Source of the DNA: Octopus vulgaris
Taxonomy: Eukaryota
Assembly: GCA_951406725.2 (NCBI GenBank)
Contig: OX597820.1
Span: 92,008,001 to 92,072,000, forward strand
Direction: 5' to 3'
Length of the DNA stretch: 64,000 nt
Shown: in pieces, positions 1 through 12,994 of the stretch
Numbering within the stretch: position 1 is the stretch's first letter
How the letters are laid out: each line of letters starts with the position of its first letter
The notes under the pieces: model-generated
The model's database searches: none
What the model saw: the letters and a program-made list of their open reading frames with translations, nothing else
What the model was told of the DNA's origin: nothing
Position numbers and translations under genes: made by a program

Positions 1-59
1 TACTATATTTGTTCCACGTCATCACGTTGTGGTGTTTTTTTGTGTTTTCTTGTTTGGAT

Positions 60-97
<38 letters not shown>

Positions 98-304
98 GTG
101 AAATAGAAAGATGAATAATCTTGTAGTAGATTAATCAAAAGTTTAACCGATACCTTAGTAGCAAAAATCACAGCAGTAAAACAGCACGGTTGGAGGTACA
201 ACCATATGGTGTTGCAACCGTGCGTTGGTGCGGATAATTGAAATTAGAACATTATTGGTGAATTGAAGAAATGGAGCTGAACGCAGATTGAACAGAAATC
301 GTTT

Positions 305-398
305 TATTTCATTCTACACGTGTTTCGAAAGGCACAAATTACCAAAATCCGATGGAATAATGGGACCATATTGTGTCTTTCTCTTCAGGAAGAAAATA
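305..398 (-). ncRNA. Type I hammerhead ribozyme motif (mirror copy)
   Basis: Reverse complement of 646-739. Confidence 0.8.
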
Positions 399-645
399 GG
401 AAATCCGTTGGAAAAACAAAAACAGAACAGAGGCGGAGCAAAAACAAATCGAACTATGCTCCTAAGAGCCCATGGCGAAACTGTTTATCAGTGTATGTTG
501 AGAACCGATGCCTGACCCGTTGAATTCTTCAGCCACCGGTTCTCAACATACACTGATAAACAGTTTCGCCATGGGCTCTTAGGAGCATAGTTCGATTTGT
601 TTTTGCTCCGCCTCTGTTCTGTTTTTGTTTTTCCAACGGATTTCC

Positions 646-739
646 TATTTTCTTCCTGAAGAGAAAGACACAATATGGTCCCATTATTCCATCGGATTTT
701 GGTAATTTGTGCCTTTCGAAACACGTGTAGAATGAAATA
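646..739 (+). ncRNA. Type I hammerhead ribozyme motif with palindromic mini stem III
   Basis: Stem I TATTTTCTTC/GAATGAAATA; core CTGAAGA (656-662); stem II GAAAGACACAA/TTGTGCCTTTC (10 of 11 pairs); GAAA (718-721); stem III C-ACGT-G; GTA triplet with predicted cleavage after 729. Confidence 0.8.
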
Positions 740-794
740 AAACGATTTCTGTTCAATCTGCGTTCAGCTCCATTTCTTCAATTCACCAATAATG

Positions 795-857
<63 letters not shown>

Positions 858-1472
858 GTGTGTATATATATATATATATATTGTTGACAACCGAATATGT
901 ACAATCTACTGCAGAATATGCAGTTCAGCTGGAAGAAGATTAAGAAGACGTTAAAAGTCTTCGTACGGTGGCCCTGTTTCCTTCTGTCAGCTAGCACAGC
1001 TGTGCATTATGCAGTAAAATGTGCAAATCTTTGGCGGGCTCAGGAGACATAAGAGCCTCACACTGCATTATCAATGACTCATTTCAATGATTTTTGTTGC
1101 AATGGCTTTATACACACACACACATATATATATAAGTAGTATTAAATCTGAGTGAGATTTAAACAGTAGCAGCACGGAATCTTGAAGTATATTTGCCACC
1201 TAAATATTGTGGTCCCAGGAGGACAACTGCACCAGCTGGCTAATGACACACTGTCTGTGTCTGAACAGTATTTGCGAAGGGAAATCATCTTTCCCATCTC
1301 TATCCTAGCGTAACCCATCATCAGTCTGTGATAATCACCAACTAGCGATGAGAACTCATTACTAACGCAAAATACTATTTGCTTTTCCCAGTAACAAACT
1401 GTCGCTCACCTCGAAAACTGAGAAATAAGCAATATTAAATCTCTTCGCGAGAAGTTATCAGTAGCGGTCCAC

Positions 1473-1582
1473 TTTACTTGTGTCAGTCATTTGATTGCGA
1501 CCATGCTGGAGCACCGCCTTTAGTCGAGCGAATCGACCCCAGGAATTATTCTTTGTAAGCCTAGTACTTAATCTATCGGTCT
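1473..1582 (-). mobile_element. 3' fragment of tRNA-derived SINE family A (octopus OK-like)
   Basis: Matches the tail of the full copy at 59403-59815 (ccatgctggagcaccgcctttagtcgagc...). Confidence 0.85.
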
Positions 1583-1608
1583 ATATATATATATATATAT
1601 ATATATAT

Positions 1609-2280
1609 GGAAAAAAGTTAATTAGGTATTATATTATTTGATATTTAGTCAACTTTGTTATAGATTGTTATATCAAATATATAGATACTACACATGTATA
1701 TTTATTATATGGTTAGCTTATTTAAGGTGTTTGTCTATATTTGAACCAATTCTTATTTTGATTACAATTTAATGACTTGTACTAGATTTGTGTATTTTAT
1801 TTAATTTTAAAGTATTTAATAATTTAAGTATTGTTTTTGTTTTCACTTAAGTATATTTAGTATTTTCATATATATATATTAAATTATATTTATTAATTAA
1901 TTATTTTATTGTTCTAGTTTATTTTTAGCCTGATGAGTTGCTATATTTATATCGAAGTGATTTCTCTACTACTATAATCATTTCTTAAATATAGCCACGA
2001 AACACGTTCTGTCATTCTACAAATTGTATACGTTTTTATTATTATTTTTTTTTGCAATTTACTTAATTATTGACATTTTCTTGTTATTTTAATTTTAATA
2101 TTTCTATTATATGTAATTTTCTAGATGGTGTAATTTAATTGTTCATTTTGAATTGATAAAAGGTGTTTTTTTTTACTAATTTTTATATATATATTATATT
2201 GTGTGAAATTTGATTTAGTATTTTTAAATTGAATTTGTTTCCTTGTAAGTTTGGATTTTATTCCCTCAAATAATTATAAT

Positions 2281-2283
<3 letters not shown>
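1609..2283 (+). mobile_element. AT-rich pLTR-like insertion in (TA)n with a hammerhead-like core at 1930-2013
   Basis: CTGATGA (1930-1936), stem II GTTGCTATATTTA/TAAATATAGCCAC, GAAAC-A-cgttc-T-GTC. Stem I is damaged. (TA)n on both sides. Confidence 0.55.
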
Positions 2284-2322
<39 letters not shown>

Positions 2323-2369
2323 GCGCGTGCACGTTGTAAAATATATGCTGAAACTCCTGAGATGCACTT

Positions 2370-3255
2370 CTAATAGACTTAGCTATTGAAAGCTACAAAT
2401 ACATTTTAAGAATCTGCACTTGACTACCATACTCAAGATGAGTGAATATTTCACCTTGGGATTAAGTTGACAGGCATATAATTTGTAAAATCGTTTACGT
2501 GATAGCTTCATTATTAGAAGATATGGTTGAAAAACAAATGAAAACCCATCAGTGGGTATGTTATTTCTATCTGCTCAAGAACATTTTTTTATCAGTGATA
2601 AGATATATTAAGTTCTAGAATAGAACGAGCAATGTCTAACAAGATATCCGTAAAAATTTCAATTACATCTGAAAAAGTCATAATCACAATGTAATCTCTA
2701 ATCAAAAAATATATATGAAATGGACTAGGAGTCATTTTATATCTAGGGAATCTCCACCACTTCTAACAAAAACTTATGTTGCACTAAGTAGCATTAACTT
2801 CCCTGTCAATGTGTAAATACTAAATTACGAACTGAACATAAAAATGATATTTTAACCCTACTAAAATCATCTCTGTTAATGAAACATAAGAATTCCTTCT
2901 CATGCCTTTCAATCAGTCTTTCTAAACTAGATTTACATATCTCTAGTAGATCTATATTAAATCTTCTCCTGAAATTTAGAACTGATATCTGTATTAGAAG
3001 TCTGAAATACTATAAGTGCTGGACATAATAGTCTCAACATTCTCTAGGATCGGAAAACTGCTTTTATATCCAATTTTATATATGCGAATACTAACCATCT
3101 ACAATTAAACTAACCCTTTTATACAGTGTTAACTATGCTAAATATAGCACTTTAAAGAACCACACGTCAAAATCATTAATCAATAGCCTATATACCGCTT
3201 CAGAAAGCATCTACTGTTGTCAAAGGTTTAGCGTTCATTATTTTCAGTAGATCAG
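2370..3255 (+). pseudogene. Degenerate Penelope-like RT fragment (left arm of a diverged inverted duplication)
   Basis: Reverse-complement similarity to 3610-4459 plus 5780-5947. Broken translation resembles the PLE RT N-terminus (RLISPSKPDL..., KCWT, IQF). Confidence 0.55.
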
Positions 3256-3315
3256 TACCTTAGAGTTGTTAAACCCCTTCTCGTTACCTTATCTCTTTAT
3301 CTTTTTTAAAAATAC

Positions 3316-3500
3316 TTTTACTTGTTTCAGTCAATAAATTGCGGCCATGCCAGAGCACTGCCTTGAAGAATTTTAGTCGAGGGAATCGACACCAGTAATC
3401 TTTTAAAGCCTGGAACTTTTTATGTCTCTTTTGACCTTAAGCACACCAACACCGATTGCCAAGTGGTGGTAGGAGACAAACACAGGCATAAGCATACATC
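3316..3500 (-). mobile_element. SINE family A 3' fragment
   Basis: tttacttgtttcagtc...gcggccatgccagagcactgcc...ttagtcga; diverged copy of the 59403-59815 tail. Confidence 0.75.
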
Positions 3501-3521
3501 CCCACTACACACATACATATG

Positions 3522-3558
<37 letters not shown>

Positions 3559-3609
3559 GTGTATGCTTATGTCTGTGTTTGTATCCTACCACTACTTGAT
3601 AGTTGACAA

Positions 3610-5947
3610 CTGATCTAATGAAAAATGTGAGCGCTAAACCTTTGACAACTATAGATGCTTTCTGAAGCGGTCTATAGGCTGTTGATTAATGATTCCAAGT
3701 AGGTGTAGGCCATAATTTTGTAAAAATAGTTATATGAGAAACAGAAATATAATCTTTAAGGCAGTCGAGACTTATATGGTATTTATATAATATATTCCTG
3801 CAGAATGGTTTGATGATTATTTTCTCCCTTGAGAGAGATTTTATAATGGCTGGTAAAATTGTAACATTTTGACTTGTGTGTAATATATTGAGAATAGCTA
3901 CAAGGGTTTGTTTAAGTGTACATGGTTAGTTTTCGGATTTATAAAACTGGATAGAAGAGCACTTTTCCGATCTCAGAGAATGTTAAGACTATTATGTCCA
4001 GCACTTATAATATTCCAGATTTCTAATACAGCTATTTATTATATATTTTGAGAGAAGATTTGATATAGCTCTTCAAGACATATCTAAATCTGGTTTCGAA
4101 GGACTAATTAATCGGATAAAGAAACAAAAAAAGGAATGTTACTTTTTATGTTTCATTAAATGGAAATAAGTCTTTGGGAGTGTTAAAATATTATTTCCAT
4201 CTTCAATTCATAAATTAGTTTTTACGCCCTTGACAGAGAAATTAATGCCATTCAGTGCAATGTGATAGTTTTTGTTAGAAGTGGTGGAGATTCCCGTAGA
4301 TAGAAAATTATTCCTAGTTCATTTCATATGCATTTTTCGATTAGAGATTACATTGAGATTATTACTTTTTCAGACGTAGTTGAAATTATTCCAGAGATCA
4401 TGTTAGAAAAATTGCTGCTAATTGCTAAGAACTTAATATCTTATAACTGATAGAAATAGGGATCTGTTCAGTTTGGTTCACATATATTTTAACTAATATT
4501 TTAACAAAACAGTTAGAAATTTCGTATACTGGTGTAATTTCTCACGCAGAACACGGTTTACTTTGAACATTTTAAACAAAGTTTTGTATTTTAGAAGTTA
4601 TTTCGTGTTAAATAAAGTTCTCGTATTCGGGCAATTTTAACTAATCAACGACATGTATTCAGTTAAAGAAAGCTACTGCTGCTTGCGATAGTAATCGAAG
4701 AGGAACAACTCCGGGTCATCTCTATTAAATGTTACCACTCTGTTATATTTTATTTTTTGGTTACTGCATGTGTTGCATATTGCATGCGTTTTTTAAAATT
4801 ATTATTTTGGTTCTCGCGTCGGAGTAACCAGTAGGCATCGAAGAATCAACAAGGAAGAAATATTATTTACATATATTTATTATTTACCCGACATTGGTAT
4901 TTAAGCCCCAGGGCTGAATTTGGGGAGACATTTTGGTTCTATCCACAAATACAGCGCAACGGTGTTTAAAAGACCTATAGCTTTCTTGTTGTTGACGTTT
5001 ATGTAGTTTCAAAATTCCTTATTTTACAACTATGAGATGTATTGTTATTGTTATGATTTTATCTTATTATAATCAACAACACACATATTTTGTCAATATA
5101 AAAGTATTTATTAGATTAAAAATAACATTATCCAAGCATGAAGGTAAAACAAAACAAATATGCTTTTTTTTCTTCCAGGCACCAATATACTGTAGCCGCA
5201 GTCTTTCACGTTGTTCACCAACCGATGTTTACTCTGAAAAAAATCAGTGGAATCAGTCGATCTCCAGACACAAATTATTTTCCTCCTGAAACTTATAAAA
5301 AGATACACATATTAGGCGCACCTTTCTATATGCTGCAACTAAATTTTCCAGATAAAAACTACCGACTTATACACCGGAAAATACAGTATCAACTACCAAT
5401 TGCTGGTTGGTAGTTGATTGTGTAGAAGGGCTGTCCACCAGTAGAGAGAAATAGAGTCAGGAATGCACGGTGCTGACTAGAAAGGAAGAAAGGATAGCAT
5501 ACGAAGAGTGGTGACATTGAATAGAGATGACCCGGAAGTTGTTCCTCTTCGATTACTATCGCAAACAGCAGTAACTTTCTTCAACTGGATACACGTAATT
5601 GATTGGTTAAAATCATCCAAATACGACAAATTTAACACGAAATAACTTCTAAAATACGAAATTTTGTCAAAAGTGTTCAAAGTAAACCGTGTACTGTGTG
5701 AGAAATTATACCAGTATACAGAGTTTTAAAGTTAAAAAAAATATAATTGAAAAATCTGTGAGCCAGACTGAACAGATCCAGACACACCCGTTGAAGGATT
5801 TTCATTTGTTTTCAAACTTATCTTCTAATAGCTAAGCCGTCGTGACAATGGTTTTGAAAATTGCATCCCTACCATTTTACTCACGTGGAGCATAGTAGTC
5901 AAACGGTGTTTCTTACAAAGTATTTGGCGATTTCAGTTAAGTTTATT
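3610..5947 (-). pseudogene. Degenerate Penelope-like RT fragment (right arm), interrupted by a TIR element at 4460-5779
   Basis: Minus strand reads RLISPSKPDLD, YKCWT, KCSSIQFYKSE and FCRNILYKYH with stops and frameshifts. Similarity to the left arm resumes exactly after 5779. Confidence 0.55.
4460..5779. mobile_element. Non-autonomous DNA transposon / foldback element with ~280-bp imperfect TIRs
   Basis: Termini GGATCTGTTCAGT...ACTGAACAGATCC. Arms ~4460-4745 and ~5500-5779 are reverse complements. AG on both flanks (4458-4459, 5780-5781). It splits an older repeat. Confidence 0.8.
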
Positions 5948-5952
5948 ATATA

Positions 5953-6110
5953 TACGATGGGCTTCTTTCAGTTTTCACCTCCAAATCCACTTACCAGGCT
6001 TTGGTCGACCATAAGCTACAGTAGAAGACACTTGCCTAAGATACCGAGCAGTGGTATTCAACCCAGAACTATGTGGTTGGTAACTAAACTGCCTACCACA
6101 CAACCATGCC
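5953..6110 (-). mobile_element. SINE family A 5' (tRNA head) fragment
   Basis: Similar to 59650-59815 (ccaaatccactt...gaagacacttgcc...accacacaacca). Confidence 0.8.
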
Positions 6111-6119
6111 AGTGCTTAT

Positions 6120-6460
6120 TTTATAATAGAATATCTGTATATGAAACCAAATAAAAATCACTTTACATAGCTAAACAACGTAAACACCCTACGAAAATAT
6201 CATTGGAACGCCTCTTCCTATATTCTATTGAACATGTACTTAATGTTGCAAAGATATTTTTGAAAACGAAATAGTTTCGCCGATTAAACTATGATCGTTA
6301 ACACTTATACTGAACGTAAACTAGTATATACTCATACTAAAGGCAAACTAGAACTAAGCAGAAACTCTAATTGATATAATTCTCAAAATTATGTCACAGC
6401 ATCTATAATTAAAATTTTCTTTCAACTATTATTTGAATACTTTTCACCCATCTGACCTAT
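6120..6460 (+). pseudogene. Degenerate Penelope-like RT thumb/linker fragment
   Basis: Broken translation SLYIAKQRKHPTKI...NYVTASIIKIFFQLLFEYFSP resembles the PLE motifs YIHxxSNHP and NVxTNIGKxFxxLIDKHFP. Confidence 0.45.
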
Positions 6461-7788
6461 TCAGAAGTCTTGTCCTAGGCAATAGCCCGGTCAAAAATTT
6501 GGTATAGTGACCTTCATTTAATACTAATTCTCCTTTCTCTTGCAATCTTGCAATTCTGAATGGCAACGAATGAATAGATATTTGGTGAGGGTTTATCTTC
6601 CAATAGTTGCGGATTAAAATCTTCTAGTACACCATTGAAAAATATGCTTTAAAATAATGTCTATTTCTAAAGTTTACAAGGTTATAGCTCGTTATGTTAA
6701 CTACGTACACTAAACGACATTATTAAATATATATTCCGGATTAATTATTCATTTCATAAACAAATGTTTCAGAACATGAATTCTGTTGTTCTTCACAAGG
6801 AGGATGAAAAAAAGCAACAGAAGATCGTAGAAATGATACGGGTGCCATATTCAGATTTATGCTTGATGCGAATGTTAAAACCGAGGCTTTTTGAATCGTA
6901 CATAAATATGCATTTTGTATTGCAGAATAGTCAATGATCCTTGTAGAAATAGCTACTTACTATTATAAAAGGGGAAGGATATGTTAGACAATATTGTGTA
7001 TTATACATAAACTCGAGGAGATAATCATATCTGAGACGACATTCATAAAAGCTTTACACGATCAAGTTGTACATGAGGATAATCAACATTAAAATTGTGG
7101 TTCAAAGTGAGATCATTTAGTTCAGGAGAATAACAAATTAAAGTTTACTCTTGTAATAAATTTATTCGCCGAATAATTGACCTATGATGCGAAAGCAGGA
7201 CTAATTTCGATTTATTCAATATGTTTGTTTATGTTCAAAAAGTAATATTAAGCGTCACATACATTTTCAAGCATTTCTGTCGTCACCGTTCTTTTGCTGA
7301 TGCGATATAAAACGACAACATATATTCTAAAATATTGCAGTTTTCATCAAAGGGGATTTTATAACATCTGTGCTGCCAATCCGATTATATAGAAAGATTG
7401 TTCTCTAACATGTAAACACATGTTCTCTAAGAATATGAGGAAATATTTGGATCACGCATCAAGTAAAGCAGCGACGTTTTGCTCAACTATTAAATATATT
7501 ATCAGACCATGCATACTGCACCACAATTACATTATCTTTGAACGATTTCGTAGCAAAGTACACATCGATAAAGGATTTTAATTAAAATAGATACATTACA
7601 AGGGATGTAATATCGATTTAGATCAATTATATATTAAAACATAAAGTCAAACATTATCTCCAAGCTCATATATATATGCATAATACATACACAAATATGT
7701 ATGTATGTCAGTGTGTGTATATGTATAAATATATATATATATGTAGATAGGTAGATAGATATAGATAGATAGATAGACACACACGCAT

Positions 7789-7823
<35 letters not shown>

Positions 7824-10800
7824 AGTGTACATATGTGTGCATTGGTGTGTGAATGTATGTATTTTTGCATTGAATTTAACTTAATCCATCAATATTTGAT
7901 ATGTTAAAGATTATAAAATATTAAATCTATATTTGTTGTTCTTATTTATCTAAAACGCTTATACGTGTGCCATATTAAGGAACAGTCAGTAGGTGCAGTG
8001 ATATGAAATTCACTTACATTTATTTTCCCTTTTCAAAATATGTATTTCCATTAAATCTAAAGTTTAAATGAATTTACCTCTAAATGTCATATTTACATAA
8101 ATGTTGCATTGTATTAAGACACTGTGCTGCATGTTATGTTAATTTATTACATTCTAACATATAAAATCATTTATAATTTGAAGAAATTATATTATTTCCT
8201 TTAACTATGAACGCGTACATTTCAGACTAATTGAAAGTAACGATTAACATCAAACTTCCAGTTTATATAGTTGCTCCTGATGTTGACTAGTTTTATTCAT
8301 CAAATGTCCTAACAGGTGAAAAATATTCACACAACCTAGAAAGTTAATATTTTAATAAGAAAATTCACTTTACGTGTAAATAAACTACAATCTATCTCTC
8401 ATAATTTATCTTTCAACATTGCCTGATCTTAGTTGCCAGGTAATACATAATACTTTTTCAACATTCAATACGTTTCTCTATCCAACACTGTACATTAATT
8501 CTCTATCTTAAATTTAAATCATATTTATATATTTTTTCACATATTTATGTATTTTTGTCTCTAAATAAATCCGATGGAACTTTCTCATAAATTAGATGAA
8601 TACTACATCTTTGACTTCATACTTATAGCACTATCTACATGACAGATAAGTATTCTTACAATAATTTATGTTTGGTTTCATAACAATGTTCAATGACACA
8701 TAGTACATCCACTTTGTGTTCTGTAATTTATTATACTCCAAAGAAATAGTTATAAGAAATTTAACCCAATGATTAAGAAGTTCGCTTCGCACCAGCATCT
8801 TCCCGGATTTGATTTCTTACACATATTTCTTGGCATCATGGAGATACGTCATGTTTTATATTCTCGGGTCAAATCCTTCCTTGCAGGTTCAATTGAGCAG
8901 GCGGAAACTGTATAAAAGCTTGTCGGGTAGATTAAGTCTGTAGTTCAAAATCCACACTCTCACACTCTTGTCATACTCTGTGTCACGTACTCATAGCAGC
9001 AATACAAATGGAAACAGTTCTCTCTACCATACCCTCTCTCTCTCCCTCACTCTCTCTCTATATGTATCTATCTATATCTATCTATCTATCTTTCTTTCTA
9101 TTCATCTATCTTTTACATTCAAATAAGTGTGATGTAGTAATTGGTTTGTTGAAATGCTTTCAGAGTTTCATTACATAGATAAATATACTTACATCACAAT
9201 TTATAATGATGATTAAATAATGTTGTCGATTACCTAGCAAGCTTTTTGTCCTTGTCAGAGTTCATCGTCGACGAAAAGGTTTGGTGTTAATCGCTTGAAC
9301 TCAAGAGTTACTGTCGATGCCAAAATGAGAGCTTTTTTCTTCAAACCTGTTTGGGAGGAATATATTTTGAAGAGGAGATGGGAAAATAGCCGAGTATATG
9401 CATGAGAATTCTGCTTAGTAGTGAATAAAGGTGAGTAAGTTAATGGTGTCGACAGGCAAAAGTGTAACAGCAATTGATGCGTTGGAGTTGGTCAAAGTAG
9501 ATTACAATATTGGGTTGAAATTTATAAATTGAGGAATGATAAAGATAATTTTCTCCTTGGTAATTGACCTGCAAGCGAGGCAATCATCGATATAGCAGCT
9601 ACAAAGCTCAGATCTTGGCTTGATGCAACGGAAGCAAATGCTATTCACATTATGTTCTATGAGATGCAATATTAGGTAGACAATAGGCTTAGGTTTAGTT
9701 CAATATCATACTTAAGAAGGGGTTTGTAAAAGTTTACTATATATACATATAGTATATCGTCGAAAAATGTAATATAACGAATGCATTTTAATTATTTCAG
9801 AAATTACGGGAATGGATAGCTGCAGTCTTGATTTTTATGTGTTTGACAGAGAAATATTTTGTGGATGTGACCAACGATACAATCACAGAAGTGTTGTTTG
9901 AAAATGTGAAGATATAAAAGCATCTAAATAGTATTTCATGTATAACAATGCATCCAGAAAGCAACATATTTGGGAAACTGGAGACTCGTTTTCAGGCTTC
10001 CATAGGAAAATTTAATAATCATTGAAATGTTCAAAATGATATTGCAATATAATTCTCGAATTCGTTTCCTATGAGATTAAAAAATGTAGATTCAACATTT
10101 AATATTTTTCTTTTCAATATTTAGGCTATAAAATATTGGACTTGTACATTTTATGATAATAAAGTAATATAATGAAGAAAAAATGATTCAGTAATCTTAC
10201 AGCTAAATATGTGAATGCGAATTATACCAAAGATAGTAAATCATGAATACTGCAGAAGATTTAATTGGATTAAGAAAAAGAGGTAATTTGGTTAAAAGTC
10301 TATTTCCACTCCAGTTATTTAACTATCGAATAAAGATCAAGATATTTTTAATTTAATATAACGAGTAGTTTAAAATGAAATAGTGATATCATTATGTCAA
10401 GTTATTTGAAAAATTGGTTAACGTAGATGCCTTATAGAAAAATAAAACTTTTCGTGTCTATTAGATATCGAATTTAATCGTTATATCTAAGAAAGTATAT
10501 CTGTCTTGAACAACAGCCAAATGAGAACACTTATAGTAGTGTAAGAGATATTTTTAAATGTACATTATATATGAATAAATATACGTATGACTACTTGCGT
10601 GAATGTATGTGTGGAGTTATTTTTGTGGAGAATAATCAAAGGAATTTATCATCTTTAAGCAGACTGTTTTGAAAATAGAGTTGCTAAATTTTGAGACAAT
10701 CATTTCTTTTTCGAATTTAATGAAATTAGGAGTTTCATAAGACCCATAAACGTCCTTATTAAATATACTAACAATCAAAAGCATTCCAGTTATGTTTTTC

Positions 10801-10991
10801 TTATCTATTTTGTTGGTACAGTGCAGTTAAGATCACCTTATTTCATTATATCAGTGATAAAGACATATAGAGTCTGGTCTAAGGGAAACTGGCCGCCCTA
10901 CATCTCTACATCTATTCGGATCAATGGCTGTAGAAAATACTTATGAAGACTGATATCTACATGGCCATGTTACTCTGCAGCAGCAACAGCT

Positions 10992-11360
10992 GTGGAGGCG
11001 CAATGGCCCAGTGGTAAGGGCAGCGGACTCGCGGTCGGAGGATCGCGGTTCCGATTCCCAGACCGGGCGTTGTGTGTGTCTATTGAGCGAAAACACCTAA
11101 AGCTCCACGAGGCTCCGGTAGGGGGCGGTGGCGACCCCTGTTGTACTCTTTCACTACAACTTTCCCTCACTCTTTCTACCTGTTTCTTGTCCCCGACTTT
11201 CTACGCATCCGCTGAGCCTGGATGCGCATTCATCCACCCGTCGATGCTCTCGGTGTCGGGGGTTGACCTGCTTTCTCTTCTGCGGGTCTTACGAATAGCA
11301 AAGAACCACGTTTTGGACTTCTACCACTAACTGGGATCAAGACCGCTTCGCTCAACAAAC
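10992..11360 (+). mobile_element. tRNA-derived SINE family C (octopus OR1/OR2-like)
   Basis: A box TGGCCCAGTGG and B box GGTTCCGATTCC. Head and body shared with 20935-21245. Confidence 0.8.
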
Positions 11361-12017
11361 AAAGAAACAGCAACAGCTAAACAAAAGACGCAGCAGTAGT
11401 AGTGGTGGTGCGAGGAGTGGGTATGGGAACGAGCAAGTGGAATACATACAAGCATTTAAATTCTTACTACTACTATTATTTCTTACTGTACATTTTTGAT
11501 TGCCATATGGATTATTGCAATTACTAGTGATAATTATAGTGATTATAATTATCATTAACAATATGAGTGTTTTATACGTGCAACTCTTACAAAAATGAAA
11601 ATATTTCAATAGTCAACACTTCTCTCAACACTGAAATTGTACATTAATAACGATAAAATAGCAGAATATTCCATGTAATTGACTACAGGCCTAATCGCTA
11701 ATAAATTAAGCTTGAATACACATAATGTGATGAACGCAATAACTTAAATTAATCTAGATTATATCTGAGATGAGGAAAATAAATATTGCTGAATAATGCT
11801 GAAATATACCTAATAAAACCATGGCGGACAACGCAGAAAAAAGAACGCTTTTAAATGAGCTTTTAAATATCAGGATTCAAAAATACCAAAATTGTAAATA
11901 AACAATACAAAGGGGAAAGTTGACTTTATATTAGCGTGGTTAACAACTTCAGACTAATTACATCTCCTCAGCGAAGCATGATTATTAACCTCCCTGCCAA
12001 TTTATGAGAAGGTAATA

Positions 12018-12065
<48 letters not shown>

Positions 12066-12994
12066 TGTTTATGTGTGTGTGTGTGTGTCTGTGTGTGTGT
12101 GTGTTATTATGTATGTATATATATACGTGTGAAATGTGCATAAATCTCGAAAGAAATAAGAGGAATATCACTTATCTGGAAAATGATAGATAAAATAGGC
12201 ACTACATCATTGAATCTGGCGAGTACGATTACTATAATTAATCAAAAGTATAGCCAGAGCATCGCAATATTACACTTATATTGACACTTAAATATGATTA
12301 AACTACAATTTTGTTACCCAATATTTTGATGAAAGATACTAACAATGTCAAAACTATAAAGCAGGATAACTGAAGGTTTACGAAAAAAGAATGTAAATCC
12401 TACACAGCAGAAGTATATAATAAAAGTCAATGAAACAATCTACCAACTAAAAGGACGGTACTGGATGATATCAAATTAGGAGAAAAGGTTACTGAGGGTT
12501 TTGCTCGACGACAGAATGTCTTACCAAGTCCATGGCAAAAACTGGTACTTGGTGTACAATCAAGAATCTTTTTTGTACGTAGTCGAATTCATGTTATAAG
12601 CTGCAGATGAAAACTAGTAACATCCGCTGTAGACAATAAAAGGAATTTAGTAAACGAATATATAATATTGGGAAAACGTATTAAGACAACGTTGAAGAAA
12701 TATCAATATATTTTAGTTCACAAATATGATGTCATGTTAAATAAAGAGACATGAGTGTGGGAAGTGAATCTTACACAGATTCAACACTGATTCTTTCGGG
12801 AAAATGTTTTGAATAGAAACCATTACTTTACATCGAGTGAATTTCCACGTGTTTCGAAGTTAGTTGCTTGCAAAATAATAATGGAAAGAAATAGAAAACT
12901 TTTCACCTAGTAAAACTTGGTCATTATCCAATCCTCTCGGAGCTGTTTGACAAATTAATTAACAATGAACCAATGACTAAAACAACAATAACAA

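Larger units (their letters stand above)
95..796. mobile_element. Penelope-type pLTR / retrozyme-like element in head-to-head inverted arrangement, inserted in (TA)n
   Basis: Arms 248-507 and 537-796 are reverse complements with a 29-nt spacer, and the ORF track gives mirror-identical peptides. Each arm holds a hammerhead motif. The minus copy continues to ~95. (TA)n lies on both flanks. Confidence 0.75.

Noticed and set aside
288-756. Two pairs of mirror-identical ORFs
   Set aside because: They result from the inverted repeat, use non-ATG starts and show no recognisable domain. The signal is RNA structure.
9259-9430. Exon-like segment with good acceptor and GTGAGT donor
   Set aside because: Stops in all three plus frames and no supporting neighbours. 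It could be a non-coding exon but cannot be supported.
10992-11070. tRNA genes at SINE heads (also 18341, 21170, 59740)
   Set aside because: A/B boxes are present but there is no clean cloverleaf, and each continues into a repeat body.
12835-12945. Minus-strand CGAAACACGTG resembling a hammerhead 3' half
   Set aside because: No CUGANGA core or convincing stems upstream.
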